This document shows, in pieces, positions 11,301 through 22,289 of a stretch of 64,000 bases of DNA. The notes beneath the pieces were generated by a model that saw only the letters and a program-made list of their open reading frames with translations, was not told the origin of the DNA and did not search any database. Within the stretch, counting starts at the first letter, position 1. Each line of letters starts with the position of its first letter. Location of the stretch: contig CM060734.1 of assembly GCA_030704615.1 (NCBI GenBank), positions 39,122,001-39,186,000 on the forward strand. Reading direction: 5' to 3'. The translations under genes and the position numbers were made by a program. This DNA is from Takakia lepidozioides. Taxonomy: Eukaryota; Plantae; Bryophyta.

Positions 11301-11317
11301 ACTCGAGAAAGATGAGC
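11301..11317 (+). promoter_or_regulatory. Putative self-priming primer-binding site
   Basis: ACTCGAGAAAGATGAGC is the exact reverse complement of 11131-11147 inside A1; no TGG tRNA-type PBS here. Confidence 0.65.
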
Positions 11318-12827
11318 TCGTATCTGTGAGTGCCAAATACGAGTTAGTTGTAGCACTTGTGGTTTTTGCTTGAGAATGAGAGAAACCAAGTTGTTATGCA
11401 AGGAGCACCGTGGAGCTCTTGGTTGTTAGAAGCGGAGGCGATGTGGGTTACGAGGTGGTAGACCTTGGCATTCGATCTTCAGCTTCAGAGATGAAAGCAC
11501 CATGCTGCAGGTAATTCCAGAGCACCTTGATGGTTTCAGATTGTGTACATGCATGAGCAAGCACGATTGGGAAGAGGACCAGTCAAGAGCAGGTTATAGT
11601 GGCTTTGGTGGCAAAGCTGAGAACTGGACTTGGGAATGCGAGCTTTCATTGTGTGAAGGATTGCAAGACCAAGCGAAAGGGCTGATTTGGCTTGGGGCAA
11701 ATCAGTGCACTTTGTGGAGTATGGTGAGATAGGGTTTCAATCTCGAGCTTCAGCATTGAGAGGGCTCTTGTCATGGCAAGAGCAGGGCTGGAACAGGAGC
11801 TAAGAGGTGCGACAAGGCCATGGAATGTGCACCTAGGGTTTCAGAGCTTGGAAGAAGAGCTCTTGTACCACAAGAGAAGTGTCTTGTGGTTGGAAATGTA
11901 AGCCTTAGGGTTTCAGGAGCTTGGCAAAGGCTGTGGAGTGCTTAGTCTTGTCTTAGAGAGCATCAAGGAGCCAAGGAGCCAAGATAGGGGGCTGATATCT
12001 CTTGTGTGAAGAGGTTGCATGTGTGGAGCATGTATTCAGCTCATTGAAGCTTCCATCTTCAAGCTTGGAGGGCAAGCAAGGAAGAGGGAAGGGCTGACTT
12101 CCCTTATGTGAGGGCAATGCATGTGTGGAGCATGCTATCAGCCTGGTGAAGGCTTGCACTTTCAGGTGTGGGAGTGCAAGAAAGGAAGGAAGGGGCTGGT
12201 TTCCCTGTAGGGCATGTGGAGCATGCTTTCAGCCTGCTGAAGCTTGTATTTTCAGGTTTGTGGGTGCAAGAAATGAAGCAAAGGAGCTAATTCTCTTATG
12301 GTGAGAGTGGGGCATGTGTGGAGCATGCCTTCAGCCCATTAAGGCTCTTGTTTTCAAGCTTTAGAGAGCTAGAATGAAAGGACTAGGGCTGGTTTCCACT
12401 TGGAGTGAAAGAAAAGCACTTGTAGGGCCTATGTGAGTTGGGGTTTCAACTTCAAGCTTGAAGGGAGCGCAACTCTTGAAGCAGCAGGTGTAGGGGGCTG
12501 GAATAAGCTCTAAGATAGATGCTATGGCCAAGGAGAGTGCTTGAATGAGTGCTCACAAGGGCTGGGAACCAGCAGGGCTTGGTTATTTGCCATTGAGTTT
12601 AGTGGCGTGTTTGGGGAGGCTAAGTGAGAAAGAAGGCTTGGTTTGTGGCAACCACCTCATGGCTTAGGGCTACTATGGTGGTGTGTGGGAGCCAAAAGAG
12701 CAATGCTGATTTCCTCACAGCCGCCATAGCTCGGTGGAAAGAAGCCTAGAGTCCAAGAGACACAAACCCTAGCTTGGCGTGGCTAAACCCCTTGGAGAAA
12801 TGGCTAAATTGCCAGAGCGGCCATGGA

Positions 12828-13745
12828 TGGGGCTGTGACGGGCTGTCCCTGTGGCCTTGGGGGCTGTGACGGGCTGTGATGGGCTACAACAGGTCGTGCC
12901 TGAGGCCTTTGGGGCTGTGAGGGGCTGTGGCGAGCTGTGACGGGCTGTGATGGGCTGTGAGGGGTTGTGACAGGCCGTGCCTGAGGCCTTTGGGGCTGTG
13001 AGGGGCTGTGAGGGGCTGTGACATGCCGTGCCTGAGGCTTTGGGGCTGTGAGGGGCTGTGTCAGGCCGTGCCTGAGGCCTTTGGGGCTGTGAGGGCTGTG
13101 CCGAGCTGCGCTGGTGGCCTTCGGGGCTGTGACAGGCTGCGAGGGGCTGTGTTGGGCTGCGCCGGTGGCCTTCGGGGCTGTGATGGTCTGTGACGGGCTA
13201 CGCCGGTGGCCTTGGGGGCTGTGATGGGCTGTGAGGGGTGTGCCGGTGGCCTTTTGGGGCTGTGACAGGCTGTGCCCGTGGCCTTTAGGGCTGTGATAGG
13301 CTGTGAGGGGATGTGACAGGCCGTGCCTGAGGCCTTTGGGGCTGTGACGGGCTGTGTCAGGCCGTGCTTGAGGCCTTTGGGGCTGTGAGGGGCTTGTGGC
13401 GAGCTGTGACGGGCTGTGAGGGGCTGTAACAGGCTGTGCCCAGTGGCCTGTGGGGCTGTGACGGGCTGTGCGGGGCTGTGACAGGCTGTGCCCAGTGGCC
13501 TGTGGGCTGTGACGGGCTGTGACAGGCCGTGGCGAGGTGTGACGGGCTGTGCGGGGCTGTGACAGGCTGTGGCGGAATGTGGCTTGTGGGGCTGTGACGG
13601 GCTGTGGCGAGCTGTGACGGCTATGAGGGGCTGTGACAGGTTGTGCCCAGTGGCCTGTGGGACTGTGACGGCTGTGACCAGTGAGCTGTGTGGGCCTGTG
13701 CTGGTCTGTGGTGGCCCGTGTTGACCTGTGGACGGCCTGTGCTGA
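12828..13745 (+). repeat. GC-rich minisatellite (10-bp GGGCTGTGAC-type unit, higher-order ~40-60 bp) in the leader of copy 2
   Basis: Dozens of gggctgtga(c/g/t) units interleaved with gtgcctgaggccttt / gtggcctt. Confidence 0.95.
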
Positions 13746-14415
13746 CTCGTGGAGGCACTGGTGGACTGCCTAAGGACTGGCATGTGGTCTTGAAGGCTGA
13801 ATTTTGAAGCTCGTGGAGGGCGGTTTGAGGAGTATCTTCATGATATTCCCATGGTCATGCAAGTGAGGGAAGAGAGGAGAGGAAGAGTGTTGGGATGAGG
13901 GCATGCTGGGGTTAGGCATTGTTTTAGCTTCTCTTCCTCGTAGTTTCCACCCTCTCATTAGGCCAAGACCTTTCCGTAGGTGGAGGCAAGAGTCAGTCCG
14001 GGTTTGGGCTGGGATGTCCTTGCAGGAGCAACACCGTGGAGTTGTTTTTGGTGTGGGGGAGTTGTCGTTCTGATTTCTTATGTTTGGATCCCCTCCATAC
14101 CTGCATGCTTGACTGTGCGCCATGCTAGTTTTGTGTGGGCGCTTGTTTTTATAGGTGATTGGTCCGGATTTGATCACCGGCCAGTCCTAGAGCATGCTGT
14201 CGATGGTGAGGCTAAGGTGATGACCAACCAGACCATCATTGTTTCTCATGTGGTGAGGTTGGAGGTGATGACCAGCCAACCATAGGAGTGCTTGCGGTGG
14301 ATACAGGTACAGGTGTAGGCTATGTTAGGAACTTAGTATTCCAAACCATAAGCCGCAACAGGTTCTCTACTCGGTTACCTTGTGGAGAGGGGGTTAGGGA
14401 CATGTTCATGACCGG

Positions 14416-16819
14416 TTGAGTGTCAACACGGAGGTGCCACTAGTTGATGGGGACAGTGCCGGTTCGAGCACTAGCGATACTAGTGGATACACGAGACGAG
14501 GTGTGCGGTTTAGGCCACCTTCACCTCCTGTGTCTTCTACAGAAGGTTCTGATTCGGATTGTGAATCAGGAGGACTCATACCGGCGGTGCAAGTTGTTTC
14601 TTTGCCATTGTTGTGGGACACAATGGAGGAGATGTATGGAGCTACCAAGGGGCCACGAAGGTACTCTGGGGCGGTGGGCACCCTCGAGTTGGATGATTTT
14701 ATCCAAGAGTGATTTGCAGCAAATGCGCAATCCACAACTATTTACGCCTTTCATGGCATAGAAGGGGCTGTTTCAACACCTTGAGGGGCCGCCTATGGAT
14801 GATTACCATGAGTTCAGGCGGGGGCATGAGGTTGAGATCGAGGAGTGGAGGATGTACTGGTCACCCGACTATGTCTCCATCACTAGGGGCACTAGAGCCA
14901 CGAGGGCAGTGGCTACACGTGCCGCTGCACCGGCAGCTTCAGCAAGTAGCAGTGGGACTGGTGGTACAGTAGCTACGACGTCCACCCAAGCCACTACCGC
15001 ACCAGCACTAGCACCCGTGCCTGACTTCAACCCTGTTGTGGAGTTCTTCGAAGAGTTGAGAGGGAACTACCAAGGGGTGAGGACAGAGAAGTTGCGGAGC
15101 TTGCAAGAGTTCCAACGGAAGCCGACCGAGAGCTTGAGGGAGGCTTTCACTCGCATGAGGCGCTTGATAAATGTAACCCAAGGGGTTACGGAAGCTCAGG
15201 CAGTCCAATTCTGGTATGGGATATTGGACAAGGAGCTGAGGAGAAGGGTGCGGGATGCAACTCTCCTACAAGCGGCCCAACCCACCTTAGCAAATGTGTT
15301 TTTGCTGGCAGAGCGGATAGAGCTCAACATGGTGGAGGAACGAGTGGTCACGGTGGGATTTGCTAAGGAGACACCACGGGGTAGTGGTGCTCCTAGCCAA
15401 CCACTACTCCCTTCATTTGCTGGCCAACAACGGGCGGATGTGGTGTGCTGGACATGTGGAGGACCCCATGTCAAGAAGGATTGCCCAGAGGGAGGCAAAG
15501 GGCCGGCACATGCACAGCCAGCACAGTTGCAGTGTGGGCATTGTGGCAAGCACGGGCATGCAGAGGCCCAGTGTTATGGTTTGCATCCTGAGTTGTGCCC
15601 AGGCCAGTTCCAAAGAAACAATGGTGGCCGGGGGTGAGGTGGAGCAGCCCACAGAGGACGAGGTGGCCAGCCACGAGGTGCAGGCCAAGGGCAAGCTCAA
15701 CATGGCCAAGGACGCGGAGGTCAAGGTGTTGACCAAGGCATGGCCAACCGGCTTCAGCAGCTAGAGCAGAGGCTTGCTGCCATGGCTACAGCTGAGGTGG
15801 TACCGGCTCTAAGGCCGGATGGTCCACCTCCTGCTCCTGAGGGAGGAGATATGGGAGGCATGGGATTCATGTGTGGAGCAGCACTACCACTACTGCAGGT
15901 GGAGTCTGCTGCAGCCGTGACTCGAGGAGCAGCACGAGTTCCTGAGCCACGAGGTGCAGAGGTGGAGTTGGATCCACAGCGTGGGGAGGCAAGCCGTCAG
16001 GCTAGGTTTCCTCAGTCATTCACATTGGCGGAGACAGTGTCGACGCCATCCATGGCACCTAGTTCTCGCCCGACTGTTACCGAGGCGGAGTTAACTATGC
16101 CATTGGGGAGAGCTACACGGGTAGCACCACTACCTAGTGTCACCAAGGCTACGACAGCTAGTGTGCTGCTAGGAGCGGCCACATCTGTGTGCCAGGCTCC
16201 ATTGTTCTCGGCTACCATGATTGTGACGCCGGGGGTAAGACCAGCTGAGGTGTTCAGGCTGGCAGCTACACTCTGTGAGAGTGGGGAGGTTACTTCATCT
16301 TCTGCGGAGATACTGGGAGGTGTAGTGCCGGAGGGATCCTCGGATTCGAGGGTCAAAACTACCACGGCGGCGCCATGGCAAGCTGCAGCTGTCAGGTTGA
16401 TGGAGCTGCCAGCTAGGCCAGCCATTGAGCGCGCCATGGTGACACCTGGAGTTGTCATGTTAGACAACCAAGATGGCATTTTCTGTTTGAGTGGACCGGC
16501 AGGCAAGAGGTACCGGCCACTGCGGGTCTTGTTGGACTCGGGAGCTCAGCCACTGATGCTGGGCAGAGCTGCTATTGCAGGCTTGGGCCTCACGGAGGCG
16601 GATATGGAGCCTTGTCCTTTCCAGATACAGACGTCTCTGGGAGGATCGGAGCAAGTTCGGGGCATGACACGGCGTGAGTTGGCTATCAGACTACGGTTGG
16701 ATCACCCTACAGATGGCTCAATGATGCGAGCCAAGGCCATTGTGACAGACGCGGTCTCATACAATGTCCTAGTTGGTGGGGCAGTGTTGTACCCCATGGG
16801 CTTCACCCTGGATTTTTGA
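14416..16819 (+). pseudogene. gag (two Zn knuckles) and protease of copy 2
   Basis: FQRKPTESLREAFTRM gag core, CWTCGGPHVKKDC, CGHCGKHGHAEAQC, RGG-rich tract, LLDSGAQPL; stops near 14710 and 15635. Confidence 0.9.
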
Positions 16820-19800
16820 TATCAGCTTGGCTCTGGCTGAGCAACGCAGAGTGCGGAGTACACTTCCCTCAATGGTCTCTCTACCTACCGAGACGGTACA
16901 GGCAGTGAGTGGGGGCGAGCATGTGAGGACCACGGGGTGCATGCATCCATGGCACACGTGGGAGGTGCTTGAGGTTCAGAGGGAGTTGGCAGCCAAGGCG
17001 GCTGTGATGGATGAGGTTGGGGAATCTTCTCGGGTTGAGGAGGTCCTCAAGGATGAGATGATGGGGCAAGATGAGGCCTTGTCATTGACTGAGCAAGCAG
17101 GGAGTACTGCTCAAGGTTGCAACATAGCAACCACTGGACGCGTCCTCTACCTCTAAGCCCACTGGACTTAAGGTTGCAGTTACGGAGGACAATTGGGAGC
17201 CTGACATTGGACCCATTGTCACCGGAGGAGAGAGACGACGTATACGGCGGTTCCTGAGGGCTTACAGGAATTGCTTTGCCTTCAGTTTGAAGGACTTGGG
17301 AGCACTGAAGGGTCAAGAGATCCGTATTGAGTTGGCCACTGACACGCCATCTTTCGGAGACCCTATAGATACAGTGACATGGAGAGGTCTTTGATTCAGG
17401 ACTCAAGATCCTAGGAGGCAGGTTTGGTGGAGCTCTCTTGTGGAGAGTATGCTTCAGCCATAGTGATGCCAGCCAAGAAGGATGTCTATGGCAATTGGAC
17501 AGAGAGACGTATGTGCGGTGATTACCGGCCTGTGAATCGTCAGACCAAGTCCGATAAGTATGCCATGCCAACACCAGAGGAGATCTTTGATGCCATCGGG
17601 CATGCTAAGGCCTTTAGCACGTTGGATTTACGATCCGGATATCACCAGTTGCCAATCAAGGAGGCGGACAAGCAGAAAACGGCATTCTGGGGGATCAATG
17701 AGCACGGCAAGGATTGCCTATATCAGTGGCGGTTCTTACCATTTGGGCTAAGAATGCTCCTGCAGAGTTTCAGAGAGTCGTGGATAGGATTCTAGCAGGG
17801 GTGGACTTTGCTCGGTGCTACATAGATGACATCTTTATCTTTAGTGTTACGATGGAGGAGCATGAGAGACACCTTCAGGTGGTATTGGAGCGCTTGAGAG
17901 CGCACGGATTGAAGTTGCATCTGGGGAAGTGCAAGTTTTTCCACAACCAGATTGAGTATTTGGGTCACATGATATATCCTGGAGGATTGGGGGTACAGCA
18001 GACTAAGGTAGAGGCCATTGCACAAATTTCACGCCCCACGGATGTGAGCCGAGTTCGAGCTTTCATGGGGTTGGCAAACTATTATAGACGGTTTGTCAAG
18101 GAATTTAGTACCATTGCAAAGGCTCTAACCAAGCTGACCAAGGTGGACCAGTGGCAGTGGCAGTGGGAAGATGAGCAAGAATGAGCTTTTCAAGAGCTCA
18201 AGGCGAGGTTGACCTCGACGCCTATCCTGAGACGACCTATCAGGGGCGTCCCTTTCAGCTACATACGGATTGGAGCATGCTGGGGCTTGGAGCGGTGCTC
18301 ACACAGGTGGATGATGAGGGAAGAGAGTTCGTAGTGGCTTATGCTAGCCGCTTGAACAACGCTGCAGAGGCTAAGTACAGCTCATATGAGGGAGAGTGCT
18401 TAGCTGCAGTGTGGGCCGTGGCACACTTCAAGTGCTATCTATACGGCAATCGTTTCACCCTTGTCACGGATCACCAGCCACTCAAGTGGTTGATGGAGTC
18501 AGACAAGCTTACGGGGAAGCTTGCACGGTGGGCACTCATACTCCAGGAGTATGATTTTCAGGTGTGCATCGACCAGGTTTGGTCAATCGGGATGCGGATG
18601 GATTGAGTCGCAATCCATGCATGAGCCAGCAAGATGACACTGGAGCTCGGTGGCATGGTGAGACGGACGAGGAGATGGTGCCGGGATGGCACGCATCTGC
18701 ATTTTTGTGTATCTTGGCATCGGGAGGTCAAGTTGGACCTACAACAAGGATGACTGTAAACGGAGTGTCTGAGGACCCTGAGGCTAGTGATGAGCAAGGT
18801 GGTGCCAGAGATATACATGAGGATTCGGCTGTGTTGGACTACCTCCGCACGAGAGACACGACAGCCACTGTGACTGCCAGGGAGAGGGGATCGGATCCTG
18901 CAACGAGCCAAGAGGTTCAAGTGGGAGGGGATACACCTACTTCGAGTGTGGGAGGATGGTCGGGTGAGGATTGTGCCTCACCCCACACAGCGTGCACGGT
19001 TAGTGCGGCATGCCCATTAGAAGTTGGGGCATTTTGGAGTACGACGCACTCACAGTTTACTCCAAGGGCAGTATTGGTGGCGTGGTATGCATACAGAGGT
19101 GCAACAGTTCGTGGCTAGGTGCATGGTGTGTGACAGGGTGCGTGCTTCATTCAACGCCCCTACACCACAGTTGCATCCTTTACCAATCATGGGATTGGGC
19201 TACAGGTGGAGTCTTGACTTCGCAGGACCGTTGCCACTGACTATGCGCCACCACAGATATGTGTTGGTGATGGTGGAGCACTTCTCCAAGTGGATTGAGT
19301 TGGTTCCATTGCCTGACAAGGCTAGTGAGGGGAGTTTCAGGCTTTGTGTGATAAAGCCTTGATAGACCACCGCACCACTTCTCGGGATCATCCTGAGGCC
19401 AATGGCTTAGCAGAGAGAGTTGTTCAGACGGTGAAGAGGGGTTTGCGCAAGTATGGCTTGCAGAAGGGACACCTAGGAGATTGGGATCTTCAGGTTCCTT
19501 GGTTAGCCATGGGCTACAGGTTCAGCAAACAAGCATCACTTGTCTCCTTCTCACCATATTTCCTTCTCTTTGGCCGAGAGCCGGATTTGCCTGCAGCCAT
19601 TCGTAGGGACACTGCTCAAGTCCTTAACCTTGACGATCCGGACGTGTGGGTACGTGCATGTGATCAGCGTGCAGAGTTGTTCAAGAAAGTCATGCCCATG
19701 GCTTTTGAGAACCTTGCCATTGCACAGCACCGTGATACGTTGAGGTATGCCACTATACGTGGTGGAGGATATCGTCCTGGGGTTCGGAGGTTTAGCCCTG

Positions 19801-20020
19801 GTGACTATGTTTATTTGCATCAGACTGCTCCTACGACTCTGGATGTTACTGCAGGGCGTGTTATTCTGAGGGTTCGAGAGGTGTTTTCCTCAGGGGTCCT
19901 GATCTAAGAGGGTCGGGATGGCATGACTTGGAAGGACCACGTGCGTAATTGTGCGCCATGTCACCTTCCCAATGTCGATGGCAGAGTTGACCCAAACTTG
20001 GCAGTGGTACCTGCAGGTTT
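16820..20020 (+). pseudogene. RT - RNase H - DDE integrase of copy 2
   Basis: CYIDD, LHTDWS, H..GHFG...CMVC, WSLDFAGP, HPEANGLAER; a deletion near 19330 removes the second catalytic Asp region. Confidence 0.93.
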
Positions 20021-20024
20021 GAGG

Positions 20025-20159
20025 TGCATGCTCTGTGGGTCTGCCAAAGGGGCAGCCACCATGCTGGTGTGTGATCGATGCTCAAGGGGTTGGCATATGG
20101 GATGCTTGACACCACCTCTTGAGAAGGTTCCTGACGGAGATTGGTTGTGTCCACACTGC
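20025..20159 (+). pseudogene. PHD finger (C4HC3) at the C-terminus of integrase
   Basis: CMLC...MLVCDRCSRGWHMGCLTPPLEKVPDGDWLCPHC. Confidence 0.93.
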
Positions 20160-20422
20160 TTGGGAAAGTGGCAGTGGACATGACTGGAGGCAGCTAACAA
20201 GACATGGGAGGCCAAGCTCATAGGAGTCAATACATGAGATCCCAAGCTCAAGTTCACAGGTTGCAAGACGGCGACTAACGATGGGGCAACTCTTGCACCC
20301 AGCCTCTTGATCTATCGAGTTTGAGTGTAGTAGGGATAGTGGTGGAGGACTTAGTGAGGCTATGGTCACTATCACATCTTGTGGCTACCTGGACTTAGAG
20401 GGACCTAAGCACCAGCTAGCGA

Positions 20423-20612
20423 TTGTGTGGACTAGTGACTGCCATAGTGGGCAGCATAGTGACAGACTAGTGACTGACTAGTTGTAGCTTAATGGTTGGA
20501 CTAGTGGCTGGACTAGTGGTGGACTAGTGGTATACTAGTGTGTGGTGTGCACATGTATTGTGTTGTTTTGGACAGCGATGTAGTTGTGTAGCGATATGTA
20601 TGCGCACGACAG
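20423..20612 (+). repeat. Repeat B1 (contains short GGACTAGTGGT-like units)
   Basis: Near-identical to 20931-21121. Confidence 0.95.
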
Positions 20613-21121
20613 CTGTCAAGTTATTTTACCACTAGTGTGAAACTAGCTAGGAAATAGCTAGCTTTTACATATTGACATTTGGGATTGGCCCAAGTGTCAA
20701 TCCAGGGGTCAAGGCAGATTTAGGCCCTGGAGTGGTTATCTTCACGGCAAGCGCGGAAGGCTCATCTTTCTCGAGTTGAGCCTCATCGCGCCTAGCTATG
20801 GCGCCGTAGTGTGGATTCCCCATGGCGTGGGGTGCACTTGGCTTGACTTGTATTTGAGTGATGAGGTTATATATGCATGAGTTTATGCTTCAGATTTGTG
20901 AGCTCGTGCTTGTATTCCTCTTCTTTATCTATTGTGTGGACTAGTGACTGCCATAGTGGGCAGCATAGTGGCAACCTAGTGACTGACTAGTTGTAGCCTA
21001 GTGGTTGGACTAGTGGCTGGACTAGTGGTGGACTAGTGGTATACTAGTGTGTGGTGTGCACATGTGTTGTGTGGTTTTGGACAGCGATGTAGTTGTGTAG
21101 CGATATGTATGCGCATGACAG
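20613..21121 (+). repeat. Repeats A2+B2 (together an LTR-like TGTCA...TGACA unit)
   Basis: A2 20614-20929 and B2 20931-21121. Confidence 0.95.
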
Positions 21122-22289
21122 TGATGACATGTGCTAGTAGGACTATTAGGGCTGGCAGCGAACTATTTGCATCATATGAGTTCTCCCGGGATGATTGGGA
21201 CCTCTGATTACAGCGTGAGTGGGATGTGTATGATAGAAATAGGGTTCCTTTGAGACAGGGAATGCATAGAAGGGCATTGTAGATATTCTCATGATGTACT
21301 TTGTATACATCCGATTAATCGATTGATGTCGTGTGAGTTGCAACTTTGCACATGTGATCTAGACATACTTATGGACATGTGGACCAAATATGAGCTCGAA
21401 CCAAGTTGATTCAATGGGTCATTCTAGTGTTGAACGCAGCTCCGTGTCATAGAGACGGAAAATTGTGTTTCGCCTGCAGATGATTTTTTTTTTATTCCAT
21501 TTTCAAGCCATATGCTTAATGATAGCATATGCAATGTGCGTGCAAAATTTGGGAGTAAACAAAAGTCATTTGGACCTATAACCAGATTTTGTTCTCTCAC
21601 TTGCATTCCAAAAATGAGTTATCTTCAACTTCATGCACTCTTCATAGGAGAGTGCTACAAAAGTAACCCTAGAAACACACTTATTTTTTTTCCATTTTGT
21701 TTTGTCCCATTTTTTGTATGGATGTAGTCCCGATGTCACAGAACAAAATAGAGCTAAAAATAAAATCATTACGCCCCTCAAAACCGTAATCATATATTTT
21801 CTAAATGCAAATATTTATTTTAAATTCATTTACATTCGATTTAATTCAAAATTGGTGCAAGGGTGAGTGCGTCGTTGGGGAGGCAATTTTTTTTTTTTTA
21901 TTTTTATTTTTCCGGCCCTGCCGGATCTTTGTACAGGTGTTGCACACATATTTAAGCACATGTAGGAAAAAATGAAGCTTGAGCTACATCCGTTAGTTGG
22001 GTGCAATGGCATGAGAGGATTTTCTTTCACATTAATAAACAAAAATTGGTTGATAGGGTGAATGCGTCATTGGGGGGACAAATGATTTTGTTTGGGTTTG
22101 AAACTTTGCATGCGTGTACGTTGCGCACATACATGTAATTATTGAATGACATATTTGATGCACACACACATTGAAGGTTGTTGTTTGCATTTCGCTTATA
22201 ATGAAGTGTATGGTTGTAAGGACACATTATAATATATGTCCCTATGTTCATTTGTTCGTATCAGCACTTTGTCCATCCCTTCCCGGTCT

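Larger units (their letters stand above)
10986..21121 (+). mobile_element. Ty3/gypsy-like retroelement copy 2 with split direct repeats (A1-internal-B1-A2-B2); MTase deleted
   Basis: gag-PR-RT-RH-IN-PHD; repeats A and B as listed; termini (C)TGT...TGACA(G); GTG on both flanks (10983-10985, 21121-21123). Confidence 0.92.

Noticed and set aside
13061-13783. 240-aa ORF on the minus strand
   Set aside because: By-product of the GC-rich minisatellite
10986-21121. DIRS/Ngaro tyrosine-recombinase element
   Set aside because: Protease and rve-type integrase present; no YR motifs seen
21124-22240. CACTA termini
   Set aside because: Isolated TAGTG near 21425 with no matching TIR or TSD
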